DNA of 59,334 nt, counting the filler, from Basidiobolus meristosporus CBS 931.73 (taxonomy: Eukaryota > Fungi > Basidiobolomycota): assembly GCA_002104905.1 (NCBI GenBank). It is 3 parts of 3 records of this genome, joined end to end, with 100 filler letters (N's around TTAATTAATTAA, not from the genome) between each part and the next. Parts side by side here need not be neighbours in the genome. Positions count along the whole stretch, not along the records: positions 25,146 to 44,579 come from MCFE01001031.1; 2 more parts are not named here. One strand, 5' to 3'. Each line of letters starts with the position of its first letter. Position 1 is the first letter of the stretch. The translations under genes were made by a program, and so were the position numbers. The notes beneath the pieces were generated by a model. It did not search any database. It saw only the letters and a program-made list of their open reading frames with translations, and had not been told where the DNA came from. Below are positions 25,618 through 38,760 of this stretch, piece by piece.

Positions 25618-27532
25618 TCATTGTTTGGAGACCTTTCCGTCATCTGACTGAAAGCCTAGGAATCCACGAATTCCCTTAGATGTACAACGCTCGGGCTCAT
25701 CACCTGCATCAATAGTAAAATTAATATTTCGTGAATATTAAGTATGTATACATAAATACGTACCCAGCCTGTCGCTCAACTTATATGGAACAATAAACCA
25801 ACTGCAAATGTATCCAAGAGCAACTAATCCGATTCCGTAACCTGCCATGACTCTGATGATATCAGTCCACGCGGCTTTCAAAATACTTGCCATTGCTGGA
25901 TCTAGCGTCTTGGTATCAAGTACGAACTTAGCAGCAGCGAAGGTTTCAGCGGGTGTGCCAGGAGGAAAATATTGTGTGAAATACTTGGTCTGCACCGCAT
26001 TGAATGTGGCACCAGTAATTGAACTGAATAATGAACCAACAATTCCAACACAAAAGCCGAATACCATGACAGCCTGTGCAGTATCTGTAAAATAGGACGT
26101 TAGCATGATTCGGATATTCTCAAATCGCTGTAAAATGGGTTACCTCTGCTTGGATGGCATGCCTGGGTGGAAAGAACCAAAGACAAGTATTGGGAACCAG
26201 CGCCAAATCCAGCAAGACCCATGGACAGGTAGATCATGTAAGGCGAGCTTTCGGTGTATGCATAGGTGATAGCTATGCCAGCGATAGTGAACAACGGGGC
26301 AATAATTAAGAATGGTCTGTACACTCCGTATTTGGTGAGTAGCAAGCCCTCTAATATCCCTGAGAGCGCCTGAAAGGCGACATAGGGCAATTGTAAGTGG
26401 CCACGTTGAGTGTCATCCAAACCCATTACTACACCGCCATAAAATGTGAGATACATCATCCAACCAAAGAGACCAGCGCTTTGCAGAATTTGAGATGCAA
26501 TCGCCCAAACCATGTTAGTCTTCCTGAATAGTCTGGTCTCAACAACGGGGTTTTTAACCTTCGAGAGCTTGGTGATATAGAAGTAGAACAGCACATAGAG
26601 TAGAAATCCGAACACGAGGCAGCAGATAATAGTAGCGCTCTTCCAAGGATATTTGACTCCTCCCCAAATTGGAGGCAGTGTAATCAGAACAGTAGCAGCG
26701 ATCACGATAGCAAACCCAATGAAATCAACCTGTCGAATTCTTTCACGCCAAGGTGCACGAGTTGTTTGAGGAACGCGAAGTTTTAGAATCAGAGGAGCAA
26801 CGACGAGCACGCCAATAGGAATATAAATGTAGTAAACAATTCTCCAATCTCCTCGCTTGATCAAAGCTCCAGCGATCACAGGAGCAACTCCAACAGTGAT
26901 CAGATACACCAAGTTGACTACAGAACTCCACAATCCACGCTTTCTAAGAGGAAGCGAAGCTACAACCGCGTTAGTGATTTGGTTTAGAAATAGCCTAAAG
27001 TAAATGCACTTACTTGCAATGATGATATTTCCGGCAAGAGACAATCCTTGATGGCCAATGGTACGAACGCAAGAACCACCAACAAACATATTCCAGTCTT
27101 TTGCCGTACCATTCAAGACACAACCAAGAATGAAAAGCGTAAGGAAGATGAAGTAACTCTTTTTGTACCCAATGATATCACCGCAGGTAGTAACAACTGG
27201 TGGCATGATCGCCTGAATAATACCACTAGAAGTGGACAAAATGGCATAGCTGGATAGGGCATTGAATGCACTCACATATGCCACACTCAAGGAACCATCC
27301 GAATACATAATGAATCCGAGCATTAAATCAGCAGCGCAAATACTACATACAACCCGTTAGCTTTGGAATAGTGGAATATTTCAGCTATATGAACACTTTA
27401 CCCCAAGAAACCAACCAAAAAGGTAGAGAACGGTACCTGAGAGGCCACGCTCTCCGCTGATTCCTCTGTGTGGATGGCTTCTGGCTCTTTGCTTGCGAGA
27501 GCGATGTCATTCTTCTCCTGTAAATCGGTCAT
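25618..27532 (-). CDS. 14-TMS MFS transporter of the DHA2/SIT (ARN) type, probably a siderophore-iron transporter; 5 exons
   Basis: Hydrophobic helices; ILSTSSGIIQAIMPP...GDIIG; SLPLRKRGL (compare SIT-family TSLRNR); GDWRIVY; GGVKYPWKS. Four GT-AG introns join the ORF-track pieces and add a last exon ending in TGA at 25618-25620. Confidence 0.85.
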
Positions 27533-27649
27533 TTTATCTTTGTTTTCTGTAGACAGCAAATGAGACAAGAGTGAGTTATGGAGTAGCGCGTTCGTACTAT
27601 TTATATCATCGATAAGATTTTTTTCCATTGATTAATCAGATTCGATGAC

Positions 27650-27658
27650 TTATCAGAT
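27650..27658 (-). promoter_or_regulatory. ATCTGATAA iron-responsive GATA box (SreA/Fep1 type); further exact copies at 28325-28333 and 30072-30080
   Basis: Exact match to the extended consensus ATCWGATAA, 118 bp upstream of the transporter ATG. Confidence 0.6.
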
Positions 27659-30330
27659 GATTCCTCTATATCCACTGATACTCTACACTGAATTGTGTAA
27701 AGGTGTACCACATCGGATTCTAAATTCCCAATATAGCTGAAATGCTCCGTCTCTTCCAAATTTGTATGAGAACCAAACCAATCTCGTTTACCTACAGCGT
27801 CGTATTTACAATTGTACTTCAGAATATAAGCAGTATCTGAATAGGTATACTGGCAAGTTTTGCGTCAATATATATATATGGGTTATGAATCTTTCGCAAT
27901 TACCAAACAAGAATCTGAATATGAAGGGTCGCTTTTGATATTATTAGCTCAGTAAAACACTTTTTTAAAATCGATGGTTCAATCCAAAGACATGCTAACA
28001 CTCACAAGGGTCTATCCGCGCTGAATTGGAGAAATAGGTGGAATTTCAATGATAAATAAAGGCGGGCACTTGGTAGACTGACTAACATTCGTAAAATGAT
28101 TCAGGATTGTGACATCCAACGGTGAAGACATTACCATAACCAACGCCATACTTGCCGACTGTCCAAAGCTAGACCCAAAATGCAAATTCGGAATGTTCGC
28201 TACTCTCAAACGCGGCCTGAATTTGGGGCTGTGCCACCACGAAACCCGGCGTAATACAGAAATATATGATAAATGGATAAATATATCTGATCATCAGATT
28301 GACCTCCATACGTAGATCAAGTGGTTATCAGATTCGTATAATACTTTCAGGTCCTTCTCAATAATATGATTCCAGATTTGATAAGCTTAAATCAAATTCA
28401 ATCCAAAACCAGAAATTGGTTCTATTCTAATTGGCAAATGAAACAACTCGACGATTGATGGGTAGTAAAATCCGTCAGATTTGCCAAACATCGTCTACCT
28501 AGAGTATTAGTTTGCCTCTTGGATTTAAATCACTACGATCCATCATTAATCTAATATACACTACTGTTTCCAATCCATGAAACTACCTTTCAGATACCTA
28601 AACATGGATATGGTCCTTTCGTTTATACTCCATTTGTAGTCAATCGAACTACCGGTGGCTTAAAACTAGTTGCTGTATACTTCATAGCGGATTTCACCAA
28701 ATGATGTTCTATCCGTTTTGATTCAAATTAAAAGTAACACATGTGCCGAATCGGATGTGCTGTACTTGAGCAAGAATGATTTGTAAATACCGAGCTCCAC
28801 AAGCTAACCGGTTTTATGTTGTATTTGTAAATGTGATTCAGACTTTCATTGCACGCTACCTTATGGCCTCTGTTAGAGTGTTGATTGTTGGCAGAAATTT
28901 CTAGACATGCTTACTTCTAGCAACCAGCGATACTAGACTTCTAGTTGCTCATAAAACAAATGTATCGGTGTGTTTATTTATCATATGAAGATGTCACTTA
29001 AAAGGTGGAATTGCACCTCAATCTATTGGCAATATCCCAACACAATACTTTGGCATGATCATTTGCCGGTGTCAGATATGTATTAACCAAATGGAGACAA
29101 GTGTTTGTTGGCTTTGAATCTACCTGAACACGATCATAGTTGACGGGCTAGATTACTCTATCACCATAAACCCTGACTCGATATCTTCTTTCTGGACATC
29201 CTGATGGTGACCAACAAAATATAAATCTGAAGATCTATACCCAATTGTTAATATTACTTATATGCAGTTCGCATCATCATACTGATTCTATGAAGCCGAA
29301 TGTCCGCATGCACAAGATGCTTTTACATGAAAAGGTGCCGTCTAATTCGTGGGTCTGACCCTTTCAGACATTTACGATAGGAAACAAGTGGTATGCGCCA
29401 AATTGGTAGTGGTTTTGCGTGTTGATTCTGGTTACACCAGAACACTTAGTGCTTGTACATTTTGCCATTTATCTGATCTTACTTCATTGCTAATTAGATA
29501 ATATGCAGCTGAATCCGATCTATTTTGGAGATGGCTTGATTATTGTGTGCAAGTCAGCGGCGGATAATAACCCCAACGCCCATTAGAACCAGGGATTCTC
29601 CATGGCAATGAGCTAATGTTGGGGCGGATGGGGAGGAGATGCTGTTGTCATAATCAGCTGTATAGACTCAACCAGACGGTTCTATGTGTACTGATCTAGA
29701 TACGAGCGCCCCAATTTAGAAGCGACCCTACCATTTGAAGAAAATATGAAATTTCACTTGCTAATCAGATTCTTTCATGTCACTTTTTATCATTGTCATG
29801 CATTACCAATGTGTAGAGTCGGTCAGCTGTTTGGATTAATGCATAAATCATGGTAACCTTCGTTCTACTACAACTGTAGTGATATGAATAGTCTACCATA
29901 TATCAGCGAAACTAGTAATTGAATGGCTATGTTGAATCTAATCAAGCCAGTGGTATTGTACAGATGTCCAGCATCCTAACCTCTCGTGTGTCCATTTATA
30001 GTCACCATATCGTTCGAGTTACGTGCAAAATAACTGAAGATAGTTTGAGTAGGGAGATGCATTTCTAGCGGTTATCAGATTTTTCCATCTTGATCATCAC
30101 TAAAATAGTATATTGGCAGGGTTTATAGGATTCAAAATCTGCACTGGGAAGATCAGGATTCCTGAATTTCCGACGCAATTGGGACACTGGGAGGATCCAG
30201 GCTTTTCGGGGCATGATACATGATGGTGTTGTACAGCTGATAAAATCTAGGTGATCCCGGCAAATTGTTGCTGGATCATGGTTATTTATTTAATCAAAGT
30301 TGACAGCTTCCTGTGTAGGCGCATTGCTAT

Positions 30331-31131
30331 TTATTTCCAAGGTGCTTGAATGAACCTTTGCAAGCGTGCAAGATATTGCTCAAGTGTATCGTCTTCCGTA
30401 CCATCCTCAAGGGCCACAAAAATTTCCCGGAAAAGCCCAGGTTTTGCATAGTTGGCCAAATTCAGAGCACCCGCTAGGTAGAAATCGGCGTGACCAGCGT
30501 TATTCTTATCGCCAAGATAACCACCACTCTTCTTGATGGATTCCCTGTACGGGATAATTAGTTGGCGTAGTTTACTAATACAGACCGCCTGCTCCTCAGT
30601 TGTTGTGGCCACAATTTCCTCCAGTTTTTTTCCAAATGCCTTTTCACGCTTAGCTCGGAAATATTCTGCACTGGGCTGATCGAACTTGTTTAATACACCG
30701 CTAAGGATCAATGGTAATTCATTTAAGCATAGCTCTCTAGTGATCAAATCATGAACGAAAAGTTGCAAATACGGCTGATTGTGGAGGATTGGTTTTTGGG
30801 GATAGGTGTCTTCGAGGTATTCGGCAATACGCCAGGAGTCCTGAACTACTGTATCTGTGTTTAGGTCATGAATAACTGGCACAGTGGCTACGACTCCTGA
30901 AGAAAGGCCGAGTACTTTGGATGTGGACTTGAAGACCTCTGAAATGGTCTGAGGAACTTCGGCTAGTGTTAAGGGAACTACTTTAAAGGGAATACCTTTA
31001 TAGCCCAGGGCCAAGTGGGTTTTGTAGGTATTTATGGAGAAAAGTTCAGTGGAATCTTTATGGCCTATAAGTTCATAGAACACAATGGGCTTGAAGGAGG
31101 GCGAAGTGATGTTCAAGTGTGGAGTAGCCAT
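30331..31131 (-). CDS. Glutathione S-transferase, LigE beta-etherase-like/GSTFuA-like class, about 266 aa, intronless
   Basis: FSINTYKTHLALGYKGIPF, TVPVIHD (cis-Pro loop), QDSWRIAEYLEDTYP, and the N-cap GHADFYLAG. Confidence 0.88.
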   Translation of the reverse strand: MATPHLNITSPSFKPIVFYELIGHKDSTELFSINTYKTHLALGYKGIPFKVVPLTLAEVPQTISEVFKSTSKVLGLSSGVVATVPVIHDLNTDTVVQDSWRIAEYLEDTYPQKPILHNQPYLQLFVHDLITRELCLNELPLILSGVLNKFDQPSAEYFRAKREKAFGKKLEEIVATTTEEQAVCISKLRQLIIPYRESIKKSGGYLGDKNNAGHADFYLAGALNLANYAKPGLFREIFVALEDGTEDDTLEQYLARLQRFIQAPWK

Positions 31132-34100
31132 TTTCGTGTACGGCACTTAATGGGTGGTCTTTAAATACGTGAGGAAATTTCCCTTTATGACTTTCCGTAG
31201 CTCTTCGTGTAGGAAGAAAATTTTGTTTCAGATGCAATGAACTGGTTTGCGGGTAATCTATTTAAACTCAGCATTGCTGACCTTAGCGAATGATTCGTAA
31301 CATCATACCACCCTGGTTGGAAACCAATCCCTATCAAGTGGCCCGGTTGATGGCCCGGTCTGGAGATACACAATACTTGGCTCTTGATTGATTATCAAGG
31401 GTTTTTGTAAGTGAAGCCATTATAAGAGTGATCATCAGTATCGACTGTCACTGCGATCTCTAAGATCTACCGAGATGGTTGATCAGCTTTGCACACAATA
31501 CAGATCAGTTCCAATTATGCACCTTCATTGAATGGCGAGGGCTGAGGTTAGAGAGGCCCTGAAAAATCTCTGAGGTGCTTAGTAATTTTCATTTTACCAC
31601 AATAGTCGATCACCCAAACGCCCTTGATTTACAGGCCAATGATTTTGTCCAATAATCTAACATTTTGGGGATACTATTTAAAGCCAGATTTGAAGCAAGT
31701 ACTCTACCCAATCAGAGAAGGGAAGAGGCTGATGGTTTTCTTGATACAGAATGACGCTCCATGCGAATACCGTCCGCCAGAATGAAGAAATAGCGTTTGG
31801 GGTTATCCGGCCCTGTTGTGTGCTTTGGGTTCTATAGAGCATTATGGTATATTGTTGGGTAGCTTTGACTGCTGATATCATTACATGCAACGAATCACCC
31901 TTTGACAATGAATACTATGAATCAATGGATGCGGTATTTTCATCAGTCTCATTCTGCCGACTTCGTCCTTTTCCTAGTTTTTAGTATTAAGTCCATTACG
32001 AACTATCTCCTCTACTGATAGCAGATAGGCCACCATGTACGTAATAGCTGGCGAGACCCCGATGCAAACGGTATCAATTGATCTTGACAATATACGTCAT
32101 GCTTTCTATTGGGTTGAAGCATTCAAGCTGCAATACTCATTAGTGTGTGCAGCGTGACTGAATCAGGCAAATTTGATTGTTAGATAACGAAGCATTATTA
32201 CCACTGTTATTGGCTTTGTTTCACTGAGTCAGTGGTGATCAATCCTTGGGTAAGTGCACCTATGAAGAGTCTGAGACACATGATGAAAGAGCATGGTGCT
32301 ATATCACCCAATTAGTTCGGTTGATTTACTGATGGATTGTGAACATCGATGTGGCCACCAGCTACGCTGGATTCCTTGTACTTGGGGTGGAGTGGTGGTT
32401 ATGCAGTATTGGGTAGGGCTACACACGATATATTTTGGGATTGCAACGCTGGCAAAATTCCCTATGCCGATTAAGGCGAGGCACATTTCTCTTACCGATA
32501 ATGCCAGTGTGGATACTGAGGCTCCTGGTCTTTCCAGAGAGGATGATACAGGGAGAATTCAGGTTGGATGGCTCGAGTTATGAAATATATTGGCTTTGTA
32601 TTCTAGATAGAAGGGGCATTCAGATTCAAACGTACAACAGTATTCTTGGTGGTGACTGACTCGTTGTATTGACAATAATGGCTATTCCCGTGAGCCGTGG
32701 AATTACACAGCGGATACTTAGCTTCCGGATGACCTATCTTTACCACCCCAATAATAATATGCAGCTACCTACTTCGGCCGGTTTCCATGAACCAACAAAT
32801 GTCTCAGTTTGGACCGGGTTATTGCAGATGTCTATTGTTTATTCAACCCAGTGTGACGCAAAATCAATGATATCATGTTTAGGTTTCGTTGTAGATGTTA
32901 CTCATTAAGCAATGTATAGATTTCACTGGTGAATAATATTTAGGTTGATTTCCAAAGCCACCATGCAGAAAACGGCCTTCACTATGGTTTCGGCAGTTGT
33001 TAATACTGTTGTTACTCCGGGTGCTCTGGCTTTGGCAGTCGGTGTAAGATGGTGGGAATTGAATGAATTAAGTAAACTAGAATTTGTTAGCTGTATGAAT
33101 TAAATTTTTGGCATAACCGGAGCTTTCCAGGCCATGGGAAAAGGAGTGAACACGTTACATCCATGATGTAAATTCAAATATTCAGCGAAGGTTCATTTAT
33201 GGGTAATATATATCCGCCCATTAATCAATTTCAGGTTGCGACAATCAACATATTTTAAATAGTAATGGATTCATGCTTTAGGTGACAAAGAGAAGCTCAA
33301 TGTTCTGATTAGGATATATCATGTAGACCTAGAGCGTGTACAATAATTAGTGAGGTATTTGGATAAGTAGAAGAATTGCGAAGAATCGATGAAAAAAACA
33401 AACTTGTTTACTCTCCATGATGTTGACCAAGTGTGTAAGCAGAATATATAGATATGTAAGCAATGTGATGAAATACCCTTTATTTACAAGTGTAACTAGA
33501 AATAGTTGGAAGTGATGATGGAAACTGGGCAGTGACTTGAAGTATTAGAAGTATGGCTTTCACCTGTTGATGAGTTGGGATAAAGCATCTTGCTTTAAAA
33601 CGAAAAATTTGTCAAGGTAATGACAGCGATCTCTTCACAAAGGCCCTAGGAAGTTGTGTGGAAGGTCTTTTGAATGTGCTTTGCTTTACCTCCCGTCTAG
33701 TGCTCATTCATTTTGAATAAATTTCTGTGATATTCATTAATTCCAAGTTTATAAACCAATTTACACTCAGATAACACTGCTAAATATACGGAAAATTAAA
33801 TGACAAATGAATATTTGCTGCTCAAATTGGGCGCTTGAAGTTAGAAGCAAGCATGTTTGTCACATGTGAATTTATGGGGGAGGAATTGAGTTTCATCGGA
33901 GAGTATTATGTTCTATCCAGAAATATGTGAATGGGTGCTCATATTTTTGACAACTTCATAACATGGGCAATTGATGTAGATATTTTGAATAAAATCCAAG
34001 TCAATACTAATTTCATGAGATTGGCCAAGTTTGAAACCATTGTGTATAAGCATTTAGGTGCAATTCCAGCTAGTGACTGTATGGTTTCCTTGTCTATGGG

Positions 34101-36643
34101 TGAAGCATCGGTATTGTGATGCTCATATATTAAGCCAAATAATCTCATTTGAGATACTAGTGCAGTAATAATTCTACCCTTACATGTTCTCGTCCGCATT
34201 AAACGATTTAGTTACAATCGACCCTTCTGGGATGGTAATTCGTCCATGGGGTAACTAGTCCTATTAGTTCACTATAACTGAATTCAATAGTATTCCTTGT
34301 TCATAACTGACAATCGGTGACTGACATGGTCTATTTTGCGTCTGTGATGGTAACTATCATATGGGTATTCAGATTAAAGGAATATTCAATTGATCTTATA
34401 TCCAAAGTTATACTACAATGAAAAAACACCATGGTACCAAGCACCCGAAAAAAGTCCTGTGGTTACATGTGCAGAATCGAATGCTAATCTGGAGGTCTTG
34501 GTCAACGCAGCGAAAGAGTGTTCAGCAAGATACTCCAGCACAATAAGTCAAATCATAAAATACTGAACTCTTCCATATTTTTTAACCACTGCAGTTACAT
34601 GGGAAACTGGGTATAAAGCCTTACAGGTACATAAGTCACTGTTTTGCATTTATTGGTAATACAGCTCATGAGTATTATAATTAGAATATGAACTACTGTC
34701 ATACAATAATAGATCTATGTATAAGATGAGACATCTGCCGAACGCATTTGCGTGGTGGAGCAATATTCATAAGTCTAAGGTGAAATGGAAACAACAGGTA
34801 AGTTTCGCCAAAAGCATTTTATGTTTGGAGAAATAAATGTGACTGAAGTTCCTGATATAGCAAAGGGTTAGGTTTATGGAAAATCCCGGAAAGCTACATA
34901 CGATTAATTCAATCGGGGAGTCCAGATTGATTTATACCACCTAAACCAGACATAAAATCAAGATTTATGAATGGTTGGACAATAGTGGACTATATGCAAT
35001 TGGAGGTCTATGACCGCGGCTGGACAAGTGGCAAGTTGTATCTTTCAATTGAATGCATTAATTCATAGAATATATGAACCATGTCTATGCTGCAGCACCA
35101 CTTGTGTGAATCATGGAGGGGGTCTTGCTTTGAAATTTGGCAACCATCAGCCCTCGAAATTTCCCACGCGCTGGAAGGAATCAACTGATGCGATGTGCTC
35201 GTTATGCTGAATCCAAATGAAAACGGTCGTATTTGCTGCATTGAGGAATCGGATCAATTATTTTGCACCAAAGTGATTCGCTCAATGCCTAATTATGAAT
35301 ATTGCATCACCTCAATTAGTATCTGTGCATGAATTTCAGCTAAAAGTATCTCTTTACTTCTATTTGATGATTCTCTGGGCACGGCTGACGCCAATTTGAG
35401 CCATTGAAATGCGGATTTTCCTACAGCCGTAAATATGCATGTTCGCTTGCGAGATAGCCAAATACTTGATGTAGATCATACTCCCTATCCACATGACTCT
35501 ATGTGGGGTTTGTTCTTCAAGGTATCAGCATATTATTGTCTACAATGAAGGCTAAGAGGGTGGATATTCCCAAAGAACTTCTCCGCTCAAGAGTTGGTAT
35601 GAAATGACGGCGATCATCCTAGATGCATGTCAATTTATACAAGCTAATACGTGACTCAGATGTGCATCAAGTATGATAGTGGCAATCTATTCCAAGCAAT
35701 ATTTAAGGAGTGTGAATCTAGCCAGACGCTAATAAAAAACTTTATGAACTATAATACTGCTATGTGATTGATGACCAGTGATTAATTCGGCTGAACCAAT
35801 GAAGCATGGAATGCGCTTGTAGCTGGTTTGTTCGTCTGGTGACATAGGGTATCATGGTGTGGTGGCTAAACAGACTATCCAAGAGACTACGATATTTTCG
35901 ATATGAGAGGTGAATCTACTCCAAGTCTCAGAGGGCTGATATACCTTCTTGGCCCGTTACGAAGGAATTACCCAATTGGTTGGGCTCACATGGAGATTTG
36001 GTTGATGCTTCAATAATCACTAGATAGTTGGTACACCCGTACCTTTCTGATGAAGAAATCAATTGATCTGACTTGTGAATTGCCTATTGATTGATCTCCA
36101 TGCCATTAACAACGCACAAATCAGCACCATGCACACGAGCTCAGATATCCAGCTTCCTTGAAGAGTACCATACCATCTTTAGTTAAATGAAATTGATGCC
36201 ATTCCCATAAAAGGTAACAAGTTCATATGAACACAATGCACAATTAAAAATAAGTTGGAGTAAATGGACATGAATATCTTACCTCAGATCTATTTTTGTT
36301 CCAGCACTGGAGGGATGGGCCAACTAAGCTAAAAGATGGGCAGCAATCCTCTGTGGAGTATGCAAGCCAATAAATTAATTAGTAAAGTGATCGATAAGTT
36401 GGTTAATATTTACGCTCAAGCACAGCCAATCTCTAGCCTAACTAAAAATGAATCCAAAAATAACTGAATCAGGTTTTAATTGGGGAGGTCTTTACCGAGC
36501 ATTACTCTAGAATAGACAATTACGATATCCATTTCCTTGTATTTGCTTCTACAGTAACCAGTCTGTACTGATGATGGCTATATAAGTCGCTTGATGGAAG
36601 GGCGTAATAGTACTTACTAACCAAACATCCCCTCTTGACCACC

Positions 36644-38155
36644 ATGCATCTTCATTTTATTCTATCAGTTTTACCACTAGTCGCTTTCGTCAGAGCGCAG
36701 GAAGCCGAGTCTACTACTCTGGCCACTATTGATTCTGCTTGGATCAAGGAGTATGACCTCTCCAGCATTCCTGACACCGCCCCAAGACCTGTAGGATCTG
36801 GTACTTGCCCCAAGTCCCAGTGTGCTCCTGAGGACTGCCAGAATTGCTGGGAAACCTGTGGTAATTGCCCATTGCCTGATGATATTTATGGTTGTCCAGC
36901 TGGGAAGTGGGCCCTTACTTTTGACGATGGCCCATCTCAGTATACTTCTCAGTTGCTGGATATCCTTGCTGCAGCCAATGTCAAGGCTACTTTCCAAATG
37001 ATTGGCTCCAACATCATTCAATATCCTGACGTAGTCAAGAGAGCGTATGATGAGGGTCACCAGATCGCCTCTCATACATGGTCCCATCCGCATCTAATGT
37101 CGCTCTCGACTGACCAGATCGTTGCTGAGGTTAAAGCCACGGAGAATGTGATTCTCAACATCACTGGGGTGAAGCCTGCCTATATCAGACCCCCATATGG
37201 TGAGGCAGACGACCGAGTCAAAGCTATCTTCAAGGCGATGGGCTATCATACATTGTTGTGGAATATGGACACCCTTGACTGGGACATTGCAGAGAAGAAC
37301 GAAAGTGCCTCTCTGATTTTGGATGCATTCAAGTCGGCACTGGTCAATGGGACTGATCTTAATGCACACAACAACCCCGGGTATATCTCATTGCAGCATG
37401 ACATTTACATTGATACCGTTAAACAGACCCCGAATATTGAAACTCTTCTCGGGAAATATAAGTTTAAGCTTGTCCTGGCCCACGAGTGTACCAACATTCC
37501 TCCGTACCAAGGAATGAGCCAGAACTCCACAACTCCTGCAGGCACGGTTTCCTCTAGGGGAGATGGTACCACAGTTCCTGCATCCAATACTGGTAGTGGT
37601 GATGATGATTCCAGTAACGATGGCAATGCCGACTCTGGTGACGATGATAGTTCCGACGACTCTCCTGATGATAGTGGCGATGATGACTCCTCTGACAATA
37701 GTGGGGATTCTATTGACACTGGTGATGATGATGGCTCCGGTGATTCTGAAGAGGCTGGTGCTGATGATTCTGGTGATCTTTTCGGCTCTGGTAGTGACGA
37801 TGCCTCCAACGATGGCAGCTCCAACGATACAGGAGACGATACTGGTAATGATGCTGACTCCAGTGGCGACAACACCACTGATGATAATAGTAATGTTGCC
37901 AACTCTGGTAGTGATGGCACATCCAATGATAATAGCGACGACTCTTCAGGTGATACTGCAGATGGCACCGGTTCTGGTAGCGACGGTGGTTCAGACGACT
38001 CCAACACCGGTGGCCAGACAAGTAACGTGGTATCATTTGAGAAGAGACAGTACAACGAATTCCAGAAACGCGCATCCAGCGCCCCTGCCTACGGTACATT
38101 CTTCAACGCAGGCTTGCCTTTGACTGTCTATGCAGTATACCATCTCCTGGCTTAA
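36644..38155 (+). CDS. Secreted, probably GPI-anchored CE4 polysaccharide (chitin) deacetylase with an Asp/Ser/Gly-rich tail, about 503 aa
   Basis: Signal peptide and all five NodB motifs (TFDDGP, HTWSHP, RPPYG, DTLDW, LQHD). Hydrophobic C-terminus. Confidence 0.93.
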   Translation: MHLHFILSVLPLVAFVRAQEAESTTLATIDSAWIKEYDLSSIPDTAPRPVGSGTCPKSQCAPEDCQNCWETCGNCPLPDDIYGCPAGKWALTFDDGPSQYTSQLLDILAAANVKATFQMIGSNIIQYPDVVKRAYDEGHQIASHTWSHPHLMSLSTDQIVAEVKATENVILNITGVKPAYIRPPYGEADDRVKAIFKAMGYHTLLWNMDTLDWDIAEKNESASLILDAFKSALVNGTDLNAHNNPGYISLQHDIYIDTVKQTPNIETLLGKYKFKLVLAHECTNIPPYQGMSQNSTTPAGTVSSRGDGTTVPASNTGSGDDDSSNDGNADSGDDDSSDDSPDDSGDDDSSDNSGDSIDTGDDDGSGDSEEAGADDSGDLFGSGSDDASNDGSSNDTGDDTGNDADSSGDNTTDDNSNVANSGSDGTSNDNSDDSSGDTADGTGSGSDGGSDDSNTGGQTSNVVSFEKRQYNEFQKRASSAPAYGTFFNAGLPLTVYAVYHLLA

Positions 38156-38760
38156 GTACCTTTTTGTTTATCTGATGAATGCTCAACCAATAAATTTTAT
38201 TTGATGTCTTGGATATTTGTGCCGGTTCTCATGGGGATTATTATCAAGACCTGTCGAGGTAATTGAATAGAATCCATGAAATTTGAGTCTTTTTATTCCA
38301 ACAAGGATCACTAGGACTCGGGATTTTTACCTCTAGGTTTCATGGAATTTTCATGTATTGACGTTTCCTGATGTCCTCCACTTCTTAAAGGGATCCTAAA
38401 AATATGATCTATTCAACCGGCCAAAGAACGAGCACTAGTCCTCGAGTTTGCAAGGTTATTCAAGATTTATTCTATGTATAGAACTCTGTATCATCGATTA
38501 GTGCTTATGAGGGATAAAGATAAAAGACACAATTCAAACTGGAGAGTAGTATCTAACACTAATGGAGAGTGACCACAAAACACTACCATCTTTCCGAAAG
38601 GTTGGAAAATGAAAGAGCGTGAAAAAGATCCAACGGAAGAGCCGATTGAATATTGTTCATGGGCAATGGAAGGATTAAAGGATATTCTTACAATTGATTC
38701 CGAATACACATCGCTGATTACGAAATTCATTTACCAACATTAAGCTCGTGCCTTGCCTTA

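Noticed and set aside
31678-35241. Short hydrophobic or coding-like ORFs
   Set aside because: Frames are broken by frequent stops with no consistent motif. They may be old relics but cannot be supported.
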